The notes under the pieces: model-generated
What the model was told of the DNA's origin: nothing
Database searches by the model: none
The model's input: the letters and a program-made list of their open reading frames with translations, nothing else
Translations under genes and position numbers: made by a program
Shown here: positions 9,511-20,384 of the stretch, in pieces
How the letters are laid out: the number at the start of each line of letters is the position of its first letter
Position numbering within the stretch: position 1 is the first letter of the stretch
Sequence record: NC_055721.1
DNA: 64,000 nucleotides
Direction: 5' to 3' (one strand)
From: Escherichia phage EcS1

Positions 9511-10715
9511 CCAAAACAGTCCAGATGGCTGGGTATCCTAATATTAGTATCAAGCTATATGAAAACTATGATGCTTGGCTTGAAAATAGATTTGTTGAAC
9601 TTGCTGCTACATTCACTACACTCACAATGAGAGATGGACTTTATGGAAACAATGAAGGCCTTCTTCAGTTCTATGATAACAAGAATCTCCATACTAAAAT
9701 GGATGGTGAACAAGTCATTCAGATTTCTGTAGCTAATGCTAACACTCAAAGAACATTATCTCGTATCTATGGATGTAAACACTTTGCTGTAGGTGTTGAC
9801 TCTAAAAGTGATAACATCATTACGATTCAATTAGCACCAATTCATATTTTAGAAGACTTGAAATTCTCAAGAACATTTTTTGCTAATGCCTCACAAAGTA
9901 TTAACGAAATGATTAACGTCATCTATCAAGACCGACCGTTAATTGCACCACCCGTTGAATCACTTAACATATATGTTCCTAAGGTTCCATGGTGTGGCAA
10001 TGTTCCTAAATACTATGACTTCGTTCGCGATACTGGGTTAGCTGTTGATTCTGACCAATTCGTTTTTGTTTGGGAAGATATCCAAGGCATCAGGTTCATG
10101 GATTATCAACAAATGACTGCTCAAGAAGCTAAAACATTTGTTGTTGGTGAACCAAGACTAATTGGACAATATGTTAATCAATTAGAAACACCTATCGCAT
10201 TTGACTTTGAATGGCTAACTAAAGCTAACCAACACACACGTAAGCCAATGACTAACGTTACGATATATGCTCATTCATTTATGGATAAAGAGGTTACTCG
10301 TATTGTTGTTGGTGAAGGACAAAATAGTGTATTAGTTTCACGTTCAGGTGCTTATGCTGAACAGATTTATCGTAACGGTTATGAAGAAGCATTGCGATTA
10401 GGAACAATGGCTCAATACGATGGTTATGCTCACGTGAAGGTATACGGTGACTTTGAATTATGCCCAGGTCAAAAATTAAACTTTGCTGATATTAAGAACC
10501 AATTCGTATCTGATTTTTATATTGATGAAGTGATTCATGAAATAAGCAATAATCAATCAATCACTAACATCTATGCATTTACAAATGGTAAGCCGATTAC
10601 ACCGGTAGAACCAATTAAGGTGAAAAATGAACTTAAAACTTATAATCCCGATGAAGACATTGAAACTGAATGGGAAGGACCTCAAGATCCCGAAACTGGG
10701 ACTGAAACACCATAA
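9507..10715 (+). CDS. 27: Baseplate hub protein gp27
   Basis: 402 aa; position and size as T4 gp27 (391 aa). Confidence 0.7.
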   Translation: MTKTVQMAGYPNISIKLYENYDAWLENRFVELAATFTTLTMRDGLYGNNEGLLQFYDNKNLHTKMDGEQVIQISVANANTQRTLSRIYGCKHFAVGVDSKSDNIITIQLAPIHILEDLKFSRTFFANASQSINEMINVIYQDRPLIAPPVESLNIYVPKVPWCGNVPKYYDFVRDTGLAVDSDQFVFVWEDIQGIRFMDYQQMTAQEAKTFVVGEPRLIGQYVNQLETPIAFDFEWLTKANQHTRKPMTNVTIYAHSFMDKEVTRIVVGEGQNSVLVSRSGAYAEQIYRNGYEEALRLGTMAQYDGYAHVKVYGDFELCPGQKLNFADIKNQFVSDFYIDEVIHEISNNQSITNIYAFTNGKPITPVEPIKVKNELKTYNPDEDIETEWEGPQDPETGTETP

Positions 10716-11169
10716 ACTAGTTCGTGATGTCCGCGGCCCAGATGAGAATCTTAAAATACTAATGGATTCTATATGTCCTGGTTTAACGGCTGCTGAAACA
10801 GATTTCGTTGCTCTTCATGTATTAGCATTTAATAATCGTTTGAAAGATGAAGTCACAATAGATGGCTTCACTTATAAATTGAATGACATTTATATTTGTC
10901 AACGATTAGAACAACAATTTGCTGGTCATACATTCTATTTCAGGTCTAATAAGCCATTTGAACAGTTCGGACCAGTCGATGATGTATTAGAGAAATGTTT
11001 CTTAAAAGTAGATAATTCTACCGAATGCCCTGATTTCATGGGTATGCCTGCATTTGTTTCTAAATGGGCTGATGATATTACTTCGACTGTAGCTATTCCT
11101 GGTCCTAATGGCCCTATCAAAGGAATAATACCTATTATGGACATTTTAAATGATTCAACCAAACAGTGA
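10627..11169 (+). CDS. 28: Baseplate hub distal subunit gp28 (start uncertain; overlaps gp27 3' end in another frame)
   Basis: 180-aa ORF at T4 gene 28 position; 89-nt overlap with gene 27. Confidence 0.55.
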   Translation: MNLKLIIPMKTLKLNGKDLKIPKLGLKHHKLVRDVRGPDENLKILMDSICPGLTAAETDFVALHVLAFNNRLKDEVTIDGFTYKLNDIYICQRLEQQFAGHTFYFRSNKPFEQFGPVDDVLEKCFLKVDNSTECPDFMGMPAFVSKWADDITSTVAIPGPNGPIKGIIPIMDILNDSTKQ

Positions 11170-12916
11170 TAAAACTACATTACGTCGTAAGAAAAAAATA
11201 GAAGATGGCGAACCTGAGCGTAAAGCTCAGGGGGCAGCATCAGATCAAACTGTTGTCCTTAATGATATATCTGCTAAATTAACCGACGTACAAGCAGCAA
11301 CTGAACTAATTTCAGATACGGTTGAAGCTAAAGGTAATCAAATATTAGGAAGCATTGATGGGCTTTCTAAAGGTCTAGAAAATGTAGAAGCGGCCTCAGA
11401 ATTAGCGGCTGAAGCTTCAGAGAAAACAACTGAACAAGTTTCTAAACTCAATGATGTTGCTTCAGCTATTTCAGATAAATTAGCTAAGCTTTCAGAGATG
11501 TTCGAGCATAAGCTTTTTGGTGCATCTGATTTTGTTGGCCCACAACCTTCAGCATCTCCTGATTCATCTTTACTTGAAGCAATTAAAGCTGCAATGCCTC
11601 TTGAAGTAATTCAGCCATCGTTGAATGAATTACTTGAAAAACTATTACCAGGAGGACAACCGCCAGAACCGCCAACTCCTCCACCTGAAGACCCTCCTGC
11701 AGAAGAGAAACCTTCTAAAGAAAAACCAGGTAAGAGTGAAGATTCTAAATTAGATGATTTGATTAAAATCACTAAAGGAGGATTCAAAGCTTCAGTAGGT
11801 GTGTCTGACAAAATTGCTGGTATGTTGTTCAAATATACATTGACAGCAGCAGCCGAAGCAGCTAAATTAGCCGGGATGATGTTTGCACTTATTTTAGGTA
11901 TTGATCTTATTAGAATTCATTTCAAATATTGGAGCGATTTGTTTAATAAGAGTTTTGAAGAGTTCTTTGCTAAAGCTGAAGAATGGGGACCTTTAATTCA
12001 ATCAGTTGTTGAGATGGCTAAAAATATTTCTACAATGTGGGACGAAAAGAATTGGTCTGGTCTTGCAGGTGCTATTATTAAAGGCATCGGTGATATTACT
12101 ATTGCATTAGCTGATTTAATGTTCTTAGGCATCACTAAAATTACGGCTGCAATGCTTCGTGCAATGGGTATGGATGATAAAGCCTTAACTGTAGAAGGTT
12201 ATGGTTTAGAACAATTCCAAAAATCAGGTGCAGTTCTTGATGAACAAGACCAAGATACTTTGGCTCGTTATCAAGATCGTAATATGCAAAAAGATACTAA
12301 GAAAAAAACTGAAACAGCTGAAAGGTACAAAAATAGCAAAGCGGCTCGTGAACAAGCAGTTAATTATGGGTCTCTGACAAAAGAAGAAGCTGCTCAAATC
12401 GAAGCTGGTACTTATGGCAAAGAGAATGAAATTGCTAATCTTCCTGAAGATCAACGTATTAAAGCTATCAAGGCTCGTAATGAAACTCAAGCTGCATTAA
12501 AACGTACTAATGATTTAACAGCGACAACTCGAAGCAGTGATACTTCGCGCATCGAAAATCTCGATAAATCTATTGACTCAATTGGTAAGCGTTTAGCTGA
12601 TCCTGCATTAGCTAAAACACCTAAGCTTCGTAAAGACATGGAAGGCGAATTAGGTAAATTAACGGCTGCAGTAGATAAGCTTAAAGCAGATGCTAAGGTA
12701 GCTCCAGCTCCGGTTGAAGAACAAGAAGATACTCAAAAATCTAATCGTATTGAACAACAGAAACGAGCTAATGAAGCAGCTAAAAATGCTCCAGCATCAA
12801 ATGCTCAAGTCACTAACAATACTGTTGTAAATAAGACTAGTAAAACCAATGTTACTGTGCCACCTACAAGTTCAACTCCTGCTCCAGGCATGGGTGGCTC
12901 ACGAAGGGTTAATTAA
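11150..12916 (+). CDS. 29: Tail tube tape-measure / baseplate hub protein gp29
   Basis: 588 aa (T4 gp29 ~590), Ala/Lys-rich coiled-coil-like composition; synteny. Confidence 0.7.
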   Translation: MIQPNSDKTTLRRKKKIEDGEPERKAQGAASDQTVVLNDISAKLTDVQAATELISDTVEAKGNQILGSIDGLSKGLENVEAASELAAEASEKTTEQVSKLNDVASAISDKLAKLSEMFEHKLFGASDFVGPQPSASPDSSLLEAIKAAMPLEVIQPSLNELLEKLLPGGQPPEPPTPPPEDPPAEEKPSKEKPGKSEDSKLDDLIKITKGGFKASVGVSDKIAGMLFKYTLTAAAEAAKLAGMMFALILGIDLIRIHFKYWSDLFNKSFEEFFAKAEEWGPLIQSVVEMAKNISTMWDEKNWSGLAGAIIKGIGDITIALADLMFLGITKITAAMLRAMGMDDKALTVEGYGLEQFQKSGAVLDEQDQDTLARYQDRNMQKDTKKKTETAERYKNSKAAREQAVNYGSLTKEEAAQIEAGTYGKENEIANLPEDQRIKAIKARNETQAALKRTNDLTATTRSSDTSRIENLDKSIDSIGKRLADPALAKTPKLRKDMEGELGKLTAAVDKLKADAKVAPAPVEEQEDTQKSNRIEQQKRANEAAKNAPASNAQVTNNTVVNKTSKTNVTVPPTSSTPAPGMGGSRRVN

Positions 12917-12924
12917 GGAATATT

Positions 12925-13983
12925 ATGGACATCAAAATTTTAGATGATTTCAAAGATAAGTTTGATTCACTTATTGGCGAAAAAACATCTGCCGGACAAA
13001 GTAAAGTTCAACCAATGAGAAAAACCATTAGCGCTCAATATCCGGCTGAGCGCGCCTCAGGCAATGATGGTATAGACGATTTACGCATTAACGATCTTTA
13101 TAAAAATGGGCTGTTATTTACAGCCTATGATTATAAATCAAGAACAACTCCTGATTTACGTTCAATGCGTTCATCTGTTATTGAAAGTGTTCGTAATAGT
13201 TTTGACCCTGTGAAAGGCACCACTGTTGGTGCCGGAACTCAATTCGATAAGAATCCTATTGCTAATATATTGTTACCACGTTCTAAATCTGACACCGATT
13301 CTATTTCGCATAAGTTCAATGATGTGGGTGAATCACTTATTACTCGTGGTGCAGGGACGGCCACTGGTGTTTTAAGTAATGTCGCTTCTACCACAGTATT
13401 TGGTGCCATTGAATCAATTACTCAAGGTTGGATGTCAGACCATGGTGAACAGATTTATAACACAGCACGTTCAATGTATGCTGGCCCTGATAATAGAAGC
13501 AAAGTATTCACGTGGGACTTAACCCCACGAAATGTTCAAGACTTAATTCAAATCATTAACATCTATGAGACCTTTAACTATTTCTCATATGGTGAAACAG
13601 GCAATAGTAATTTTGCTGCTGATTTGAAAGAACAGATTGACTCATGGTACAAAACCACATTCATTAATAATCTGACACCAACAGGAGCTGACACTTCAAA
13701 TACGATGATGGAACAAGTTACTTCGTTCTTGAGTAATGTCATTGTTGTGAGTAATCCAACAGTTTGGTTTATTCGTAACTTTGGTAAAACATCATCGTTT
13801 GACGGTCGCCCAGATGTGTTTGGGCCTTGTCAAATACAAAGTATAAGATTTGATAAGTCACCAAATGGTAATTTTAATGGATTGGCTATTGCTCCTAACT
13901 TACCAAGTTCATTCGTATTGGAAATCACTTTCCGTGAAATCTTGACATTGAACCGTGGAACTCTTTATAATGGAGCTCTATAA
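12925..13983 (+). CDS. 48: Baseplate tail-tube junction protein gp48
   Basis: 352 aa; synteny 29-48-54. Confidence 0.7.
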   Translation: MDIKILDDFKDKFDSLIGEKTSAGQSKVQPMRKTISAQYPAERASGNDGIDDLRINDLYKNGLLFTAYDYKSRTTPDLRSMRSSVIESVRNSFDPVKGTTVGAGTQFDKNPIANILLPRSKSDTDSISHKFNDVGESLITRGAGTATGVLSNVASTTVFGAIESITQGWMSDHGEQIYNTARSMYAGPDNRSKVFTWDLTPRNVQDLIQIINIYETFNYFSYGETGNSNFAADLKEQIDSWYKTTFINNLTPTGADTSNTMMEQVTSFLSNVIVVSNPTVWFIRNFGKTSSFDGRPDVFGPCQIQSIRFDKSPNGNFNGLAIAPNLPSSFVLEITFREILTLNRGTLYNGAL

Positions 13984-14948
13984 TGTTTACATTAGAAGAA
14001 TTTAAAAACCAAGCTGGGAATATAGATTTTCAGCGTACCAACCTTTTTAGTGTAGTCTTCGCGACTACACCATCAAGTAAATCACAACAACTGCTCGATC
14101 AATTTGGCGGCATGATATTCAACAACATTGCATTAGATTCTGATTGGTTAGGGTTAAAGCCTGGAGATATTACTCAGGCAGTAACGTCTATAGCCGTCGC
14201 TGGCGGTCAGCAATTGATTCGTAAGTCAGGTATAAGTAAATATCTGATTGGTGCGATGTCCAACAGGGTTGTGCAGAGCTTACTAGGTGAGTTCCAAGTA
14301 GGAACTTATCTTTTGGACTTCTTCAATATGGCATTCCCTACTTCAGGTTTAATGGTATCAGCAGTCAAATTGCCTGAGAACCAATTACAACATGAAATGG
14401 ATTTGAATCATAATGCGCCAAACATTAGAATCACTGGTCGTGATTATACTCCTTTGATTCTTACATTCCGTATGGACCCTGAAGCAAGTAACTTTCGTGC
14501 AATGCATGATTGGGTGAATGCAGTCCAAGACCCAGTAACAGGTTTACGAGCTTTACCTGAAGATGTTGAAGCTGATATTCAAGTTAACTTACACGCACGT
14601 AATGGTTTACCACATACCGTAGTAATGATGCAAGGGTGTGTGCCTGTGGGCGTAGGAGCCCCTGAATTAACTTATGATGGTGATAATCAGATAGCTATTT
14701 TCGATGTGACCTTCGCATACAGAGTGATGTCTGTTGGTGCTGTAGGACGTCAAGCCGCATACGATTGGTTAGAAGATAAAGCCATAAACGTTATAACTGG
14801 TATCAATGGCGATATGAGTATGAATTCATTACTTCCAAGATTAAGTCGCTTAGGCGGAGCAGGAGGTGGTATAAGTCAGATAGTTACTGGCGCAGGACGA
14901 GCTACAGGAGCATGGAATACTCAGTCGAGGATTTTAGGCGGGATATAA
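13983..14948 (+). CDS. 54: Baseplate tail-tube initiator gp54
   Basis: 321 aa (T4 gp54 320 aa); synteny. Confidence 0.7.
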   Translation: MFTLEEFKNQAGNIDFQRTNLFSVVFATTPSSKSQQLLDQFGGMIFNNIALDSDWLGLKPGDITQAVTSIAVAGGQQLIRKSGISKYLIGAMSNRVVQSLLGEFQVGTYLLDFFNMAFPTSGLMVSAVKLPENQLQHEMDLNHNAPNIRITGRDYTPLILTFRMDPEASNFRAMHDWVNAVQDPVTGLRALPEDVEADIQVNLHARNGLPHTVVMMQGCVPVGVGAPELTYDGDNQIAIFDVTFAYRVMSVGAVGRQAAYDWLEDKAINVITGINGDMSMNSLLPRLSRLGGAGGGISQIVTGAGRATGAWNTQSRILGGI

Positions 14949-14972
14949 AAAAAGGGAGAGCTAAGCTCTCCC
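14947..14972. terminator. Intrinsic terminator hairpin GGGAGAGC-TAA-GCTCTCCC preceded by A-run
   Basis: 8-bp stem; U-run on minus-strand RNA; between convergent gene 54 and minus-strand gene. Confidence 0.7.
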
Positions 14973-14980
14973 TTCAGGGT

Positions 14981-15292
14981 TTAGTTACGGAAACCAATGA
15001 AAGCTGGAATTTCAAGGAACAAACTTGTGAATTGCTCTTTACCTTCAAGAGATTTATGGAAGAACTTCACTGATACTGGGAATTCACCTTCAATTTTGCC
15101 ATGAAGGATACCGTCAACAATTGTTTCAGATTGTTCTTCTTTACCAAAGATTTCTTGAGGAATCATTAGAACATCATATTGCTCAGGTGATTTAAAAATC
15201 TGAGATGAGGCTTTTAATGCAAACTCATCAGAAATAGGAGTAACATTTTCAACAACGATTTCAGTTTGGTTAATACGTAAGATAGATTTCAT
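14981..15292 (-). CDS. Hypothetical protein (alt-downstream gene)
   Basis: 103-aa ORF with GAGGA RBS; own early-type promoter upstream. Confidence 0.45.
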   Translation of the reverse strand: MKSILRINQTEIVVENVTPISDEFALKASSQIFKSPEQYDVLMIPQEIFGKEEQSETIVDGILHGKIEGEFPVSVKFFHKSLEGKEQFTSLFLEIPAFIGFRN

Positions 15293-15320
15293 AATAAGTT
15301 CCTCATGTGATTGAGGTTCT

Positions 15321-15349
15321 ATAGTACCACATCCTTGTGGTGTTGTAAA
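15321..15349 (-). promoter_or_regulatory. Early sigma70-type promoter (-35 TTTACA, 17 bp, -10 TACTAT)
   Basis: Read on minus strand; matches T4 early promoter pattern; immediately upstream of 14981-15292 gene. Confidence 0.5.
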
Positions 15350-17413
15350 CTACCCTTGAATAAAACGTTCTGGGATTTCTTGGATGTCTATTAAAGAAGC
15401 TAAAAGAGCTAGTCCTTCTTTGTTAGGATTAGGCTTTGAAGCCTTCACAAATGAGGTAAAGTTCAATGGTTCAGAAGTGTCCATAGCAACAAGTTCACCA
15501 TTCTCAAACAATGCATCACCATCATACACTATAGTAGATTCTTCAATTTGTTCTGAAGTCATGATTTCAGCTTGAATGAACTTTTGGTTACTATATTGAA
15601 TACCGTCATTATAAGAAGCATCAGTTATAGAATTAATGGATACCATTGTTCCACGAGGTAAAATGATTTCCATTTCAGAAGGCATATTACTCAAATCACC
15701 AGGGAAGATGACGTTAATTTTATGACCACCATCAATAGCCCAACCAACTGTAACTCTGATATCATTTTCAAATTGGCCTGGCATATCTTTTGCTTCTTCG
15801 GAACCTGCATCAATGTTAAGTTCACTACGAACTTCTTCAGGAGCTAAACCAATAGCCGAATTTCCTTTCCAACCACCAAAGATGATAGGAGCTAATGAAG
15901 TAGAAACATAATTACGGAAATAGAATACACGGTTTTTAATCAATGATTCCCAAATAGGCTTACGTATAGTTTGAGAACGCCATAACGTAATATTTTCTGG
16001 GATGCGGTCACCACGTTCAAAAGCAGCATCAATTCCATCAATAGCTTCTAAGACTTCATAGCGATTCATTATATTGCTACTTTGCTCAGACCAACGGCCA
16101 AGCAAATAATCATTAATATCATGATAACCAGAACCAACATATTCTCTGATACCACGTTGCTCTTTTACTGGATATTGTAAAGGAGTACGAGAGCCAGCTA
16201 TACCATTAATATTATCTGATACGTTTTTGGCATAGTTTTGAAGTGATTCTTTGATGAACTTAGTTCTTAACATAGTCCATTCAGCTTGAGCACGTTCTTT
16301 TGACATGCCATAATTATCATCCAATTGTTTATCTATAAAATCTTCTTTAAAATCTTCAGTCATATCCATGCATAATTTAGCATATTCTTGCATACTTTTA
16401 ACAGAAGTTAAAGGAGCTTGACCTATATTTTTAATTAAAACTTCAGTCATTCGATCTGACATTCTAGCAATAGTATCTTCATCAATAAATCTTAAATTTT
16501 TTAATCTATAACCAATACCGTTGACGGCTCTTTCTGCTGATCTTGTTCTAGCAGCCTTAGAAGTTAGCACCAATTCTAATTCGCGTGCTTCTGGGACTAA
16601 ATTAGCAGTTGCCGGCTTATTAAACTTAGAAGCTCTGGCTTCAATTTCATCCCATTTAGGGTCACTAAATGAATCCGTAGCCATTGATTGGGATGCAGCT
16701 ACTTGTCGGCGCGAAACCTTAGTACGATTAATTACTGAACGATCTGAACGATCTTTTTCAATTTCAGCAATAGAACCAGCAAAAGCTTCATCTTTAGTTA
16801 CATTTTCGCCTGTTTTCTTAGAAACATACACATCGCCGACCTTAGATTCAACCTTAGTGTATAGCTCAGAATTGATTTCAGGGATGCCAGAGATATCCTC
16901 TAGACCACGAGACTTACGATAGATAAGAATATATGCGTGCTTTGAAGTAAATGTATAGAGCGCATCCAGGACTTTAAATTGACCACCTGTACGAGCCATT
17001 ACCAGACGTTGCATGATGCGTTGAACAGTTCGTTCTTGGCCTTTCATTTTCTTGGCCGGGAAACGGAACATCACAGCATCCATACGGTTCTTTTTAACTA
17101 CTGAATACACAGTGTCGAAGATAGTATTCAATGCACCTACAGGATCGGAACCTAATCCACCTTTAAGTTCAGCAGGTGTTCCTTTATCACTTAGTGACAT
17201 CAGAATAACGTGTGCGTATTTGTCGCCTTGTTTAATCTGTTTAGTCGCATCACCTTGAGACAAATATGAAACCATACGAGCAACTAGCTTATCATTACCT
17301 GGAACTTTAATAGACCAGAGTTGTGGAACTTTTGCTTTTGGGTTCAAATCAATGACTGGATATCCATTTTCGGATTCGCTGTCAAAAACTTCAACCAATA
17401 AATTATCAGTCAT
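15350..17413 (-). CDS. alt: Alt ADP-ribosyltransferase (packaged, modifies host RNA polymerase)
   Basis: 687 aa (T4 Alt 682); position between 54 and 30; ART-like STS (YVSTSL) and ExE (SEMEI) motifs. Confidence 0.75.
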   Translation of the reverse strand: MTDNLLVEVFDSESENGYPVIDLNPKAKVPQLWSIKVPGNDKLVARMVSYLSQGDATKQIKQGDKYAHVILMSLSDKGTPAELKGGLGSDPVGALNTIFDTVYSVVKKNRMDAVMFRFPAKKMKGQERTVQRIMQRLVMARTGGQFKVLDALYTFTSKHAYILIYRKSRGLEDISGIPEINSELYTKVESKVGDVYVSKKTGENVTKDEAFAGSIAEIEKDRSDRSVINRTKVSRRQVAASQSMATDSFSDPKWDEIEARASKFNKPATANLVPEARELELVLTSKAARTRSAERAVNGIGYRLKNLRFIDEDTIARMSDRMTEVLIKNIGQAPLTSVKSMQEYAKLCMDMTEDFKEDFIDKQLDDNYGMSKERAQAEWTMLRTKFIKESLQNYAKNVSDNINGIAGSRTPLQYPVKEQRGIREYVGSGYHDINDYLLGRWSEQSSNIMNRYEVLEAIDGIDAAFERGDRIPENITLWRSQTIRKPIWESLIKNRVFYFRNYVSTSLAPIIFGGWKGNSAIGLAPEEVRSELNIDAGSEEAKDMPGQFENDIRVTVGWAIDGGHKINVIFPGDLSNMPSEMEIILPRGTMVSINSITDASYNDGIQYSNQKFIQAEIMTSEQIEESTIVYDGDALFENGELVAMDTSEPLNFTSFVKASKPNPNKEGLALLASLIDIQEIPERFIQG

Positions 17414-17456
17414 AGTGTTACCTTTAGCAGTTTATTATATTCTAGTATTTATGCCC

Positions 17457-17476
17457 AAAAGGAGCCCGAAGGCTCC
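17457..17476 (-). terminator. UUCG-tetraloop hairpin (GGAGCC-UUCG-GGCUCC on minus RNA) with U-run
   Basis: Plus strand GGAGCCCGAAGGCTCC preceded by AAAA. Confidence 0.6.
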
Positions 17477-17671
17477 TTAAGCTGCAGATATTGGCAATAA
17501 CGTACGATAGACTTCAAAATACGGTGCTTTTTCATATGAGTCTAAAGTGTTATCTCTGAATTCACGATAAGCAGTCATATCAAAAAAATCAAGAATAATT
17601 TGAGAACAAGAGGTGGAAACATCTCCACCTTCTTTACGAGCGATAACAACTGTTTCTAAGTAAGCTTTCAT
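17477..17671 (-). CDS. Hypothetical small protein
   Basis: 64-aa ORF between ligase and alt. Confidence 0.35.
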   Translation of the reverse strand: MKAYLETVVIARKEGGDVSTSCSQIILDFFDMTAYREFRDNTLDSYEKAPYFEVYRTLLPISAA

Positions 17672-19182
17672 TTTATACCTGTTGTTTCAGTGAAATTACC
17701 AAACACTTCGTCAAAGGTATCAGCTTTAGTTTTATCAAAACGGAAGCCTTTAATAATCGGTAAGAAGATACCAACAGTACCATCTTTACGACCTTCAGAC
17801 GTTACCCAACCATTACATTCGCAGTCAGCAATACGTCCTACTAATTTACCTTCACGAGCCAGTTTCATTAGATATTCACGGTCCATCTCGTTACGAGCTT
17901 CGATTGGAATATCTACCCAGTCTTTTGTCTTCTTATCACGAACTCTTGTTGTGTCAGTAAAACCAGAACCACAATCAGATGTAATACGTCCACACGCAGA
18001 ACGAAGACGAACACCACCTAATTTGTTAGGCTCTTTAGAGTGCTCATAGTAATCTACTATTTCAAGAGCAATATCAATTACTTCTTTGAACTTAACTAAG
18101 TTCTTAGAGCGCTTGTTTTCCCAATAAGAACCCATGTTCTTCAGGATAATACCTTCAAGCTTCATATCTACATAACGTTTGTAGATTTTAGCTGCTTCGT
18201 CAAGATTATTAACCCAATGGTTCTCAATCAGAATAACAGAATCAAAGCCATGTAATACTAGAGCTTCATTAATCATTAACTCAAGAGCTTTGAAACGTAC
18301 GTCGTATTTGAAGCCTTTAATCTGACCTTCAGAATAAACTTCATCAAGTGGAACAAGGTCCCAAACCTGGAACTTCATGCCAGCAGCTTCATCAGAAGTA
18401 ATAGAACCCTTTAGAGATTTATTTGCTAGCCCATTAGAAGTACTACGGTCGACAACGGCTTCATCTGTTTCTTCATCACCAAATAAGAAGTCAAGAGATG
18501 TGTCAGAAGATTTTTTAGCCGGAGCATGATAAACTAACTCACCATCTACCATTACGCCATTAGGATGTTTCAGGCGTTCGTCTTTAGTCATAATCATCAG
18601 CTCACGAGCAAGCTTATTAAGACCTTGATATTCATTACCTGCACGACTAAAGAAAGTGACACCTTCATCACGAACTTCAGCGAAACAACGCGCACCATCA
18701 GCTTTTAATTGAGCATAAGCAGGGAACTTGATATGCTTTTTAATGAGCTTTTCATCATAAGCTGAAGCCAACATTTGCGGCTGTTCTGGAATTAAATTCT
18801 TCCAGACTTTATTCGCAATAGTAGGACCAGCACCACATTCAAGGTCACGCATCATTACGCGCCGCAATACTTCTTCTTCGCCTGGTTCTTTAAATTGAAT
18901 ATCACTAATAAGCATACCCAATTGACGGATAGCTTCATGACCACTGAATACTCGAGTAGCTAATTTAGTTTCAATGAAATCTAATGCGTCTGCTAAACTA
19001 CGCGAGCCACGACATTCAATAACGTCAGGCCACTTTTTGATACCATAGTTGAATCGTTTAGAATAAGCCATCAAGAATACACGACGCAAGAGGTCATTAT
19101 CTTTATTTGCTTCAATGATAGCTTGTTTTTCTTTAGTTGAATCAGTTGCTTTAACTTTATTGAGGATTGCTAAAATACTCAT
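17668..19182 (-). CDS. 30: ATP-dependent DNA ligase gp30
   Basis: 504 aa; KADGARC adenylation motif I (KxDG); T4 gene 30 position. Confidence 0.9.
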   Translation of the reverse strand: MSILAILNKVKATDSTKEKQAIIEANKDNDLLRRVFLMAYSKRFNYGIKKWPDVIECRGSRSLADALDFIETKLATRVFSGHEAIRQLGMLISDIQFKEPGEEEVLRRVMMRDLECGAGPTIANKVWKNLIPEQPQMLASAYDEKLIKKHIKFPAYAQLKADGARCFAEVRDEGVTFFSRAGNEYQGLNKLARELMIMTKDERLKHPNGVMVDGELVYHAPAKKSSDTSLDFLFGDEETDEAVVDRSTSNGLANKSLKGSITSDEAAGMKFQVWDLVPLDEVYSEGQIKGFKYDVRFKALELMINEALVLHGFDSVILIENHWVNNLDEAAKIYKRYVDMKLEGIILKNMGSYWENKRSKNLVKFKEVIDIALEIVDYYEHSKEPNKLGGVRLRSACGRITSDCGSGFTDTTRVRDKKTKDWVDIPIEARNEMDREYLMKLAREGKLVGRIADCECNGWVTSEGRKDGTVGIFLPIIKGFRFDKTKADTFDEVFGNFTETTGIK

Positions 19183-19402
19183 TAAATTCGTCCATCAGTT
19201 CGTTGAAGGTTTTGTGATATCTTACCATACCATCGATACTGCAAAGCCATAATTCATTCTGAGCTACACAGTCTTTGAATATTGGATTCGCCGAATTCGA
19301 GAATACATGGCTACCTGTTGCTCTTAAAAACTTAATAGGCGTTTGATAATATTCAGTTTCAAGAGTATCTTTTTGTAGACAATAATTATGAACGTTAAAC
19401 AT
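19157..19402 (-). CDS. Hypothetical protein (30.1-like)
   Basis: Small ORF downstream of ligase, start adjusted to avoid overlap. Confidence 0.35.
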   Translation of the reverse strand: MFNVHNYCLQKDTLETEYYQTPIKFLRATGSHVFSNSANPIFKDCVAQNELWLCSIDGMVRYHKTFNELMDEFNEYFSNPQ

Positions 19403-20241
19403 TACCAACGGTCCTTATCAAAAGTATAATGACATTTAAAGGGTCCAATTAATGGTTGAGCAAAGTCATGATCAACTATTTTAGGATGATTATTCATCCA
19501 TTCAGCTCGGAGTATAGAATCACCTTTACCAACATAAGACTTTCTTGCTTCTTCCATGATACCCATTCTCAACATGGCATCTTCCATAGAACTCATGATA
19601 TCCTTTACGGATTTAGAATTAAGTTCTTTAGCTAGATGTTCCCAATCATTAACAGCGTCATAAGATTTAAGATTAGGAGCAGTACGTTGACCACGTGGCA
19701 TGTGATACGAAACAACATCAGTTCCTTCAAATACTTTAACTGCAGATTCGATATGTGAACCAAGATCGTCTACATAGCAAACAACACGATCACCATATTT
19801 TTCTTTTACTTTTTCAAGCAGAACATCTTTTGATTCGTTGAAGTCGCAAACCATGATGTCTTTAAATGCACCTGGGAACAATGCGTTCAAATTGAATTGT
19901 CTATTCAAATGAGCGTCAACACTATTGCCTAATGCAGTCACGGCCACAAAGTCGTATTCTTTCTTAAGTTCATTAACCCATTTCACAGCATCATCATATG
20001 GCGCCAAATAACGAATGAAATCTGAGTTGTTATATTTCAAAAGAAGTTTAACGGCAAACTCTTCATCACATCCGAAGATTTCACCAGGCGGAACAAACTT
20101 ATCATCCACTAAAAAGTCTAAAATACCTTCAATAGGCAATTGATACTTCTGAGCGAAATAAGGCAGACCAGATTGCCATTTAACTAAGATGCCATCAACA
20201 TCTGTAGCAATTACTTTACGTTCTTTTTTCTGAGTCAGCAC
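19402..20241 (-). CDS. HAD-superfamily hydrolase-like protein (30.2-like)
   Basis: N-terminal VIATDVDGIL resembles HAD motif I (DxDG). Confidence 0.45.
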   Translation of the reverse strand: MLTQKKERKVIATDVDGILVKWQSGLPYFAQKYQLPIEGILDFLVDDKFVPPGEIFGCDEEFAVKLLLKYNNSDFIRYLAPYDDAVKWVNELKKEYDFVAVTALGNSVDAHLNRQFNLNALFPGAFKDIMVCDFNESKDVLLEKVKEKYGDRVVCYVDDLGSHIESAVKVFEGTDVVSYHMPRGQRTAPNLKSYDAVNDWEHLAKELNSKSVKDIMSSMEDAMLRMGIMEEARKSYVGKGDSILRAEWMNNHPKIVDHDFAQPLIGPFKCHYTFDKDRW

Positions 20242-20384
20242 GTTTTTGAGCCTCTAAAAAATAAATAGCGAAATTTGTTTTAGGGAAAGGATTGTTAGGA
20301 GCCGCAATCAATGATATCTCACCAAGAGCAAATCCACCTTTAATAGGCATAGTTACTTTTGGCCACACTAATGATGGCCAAGGA

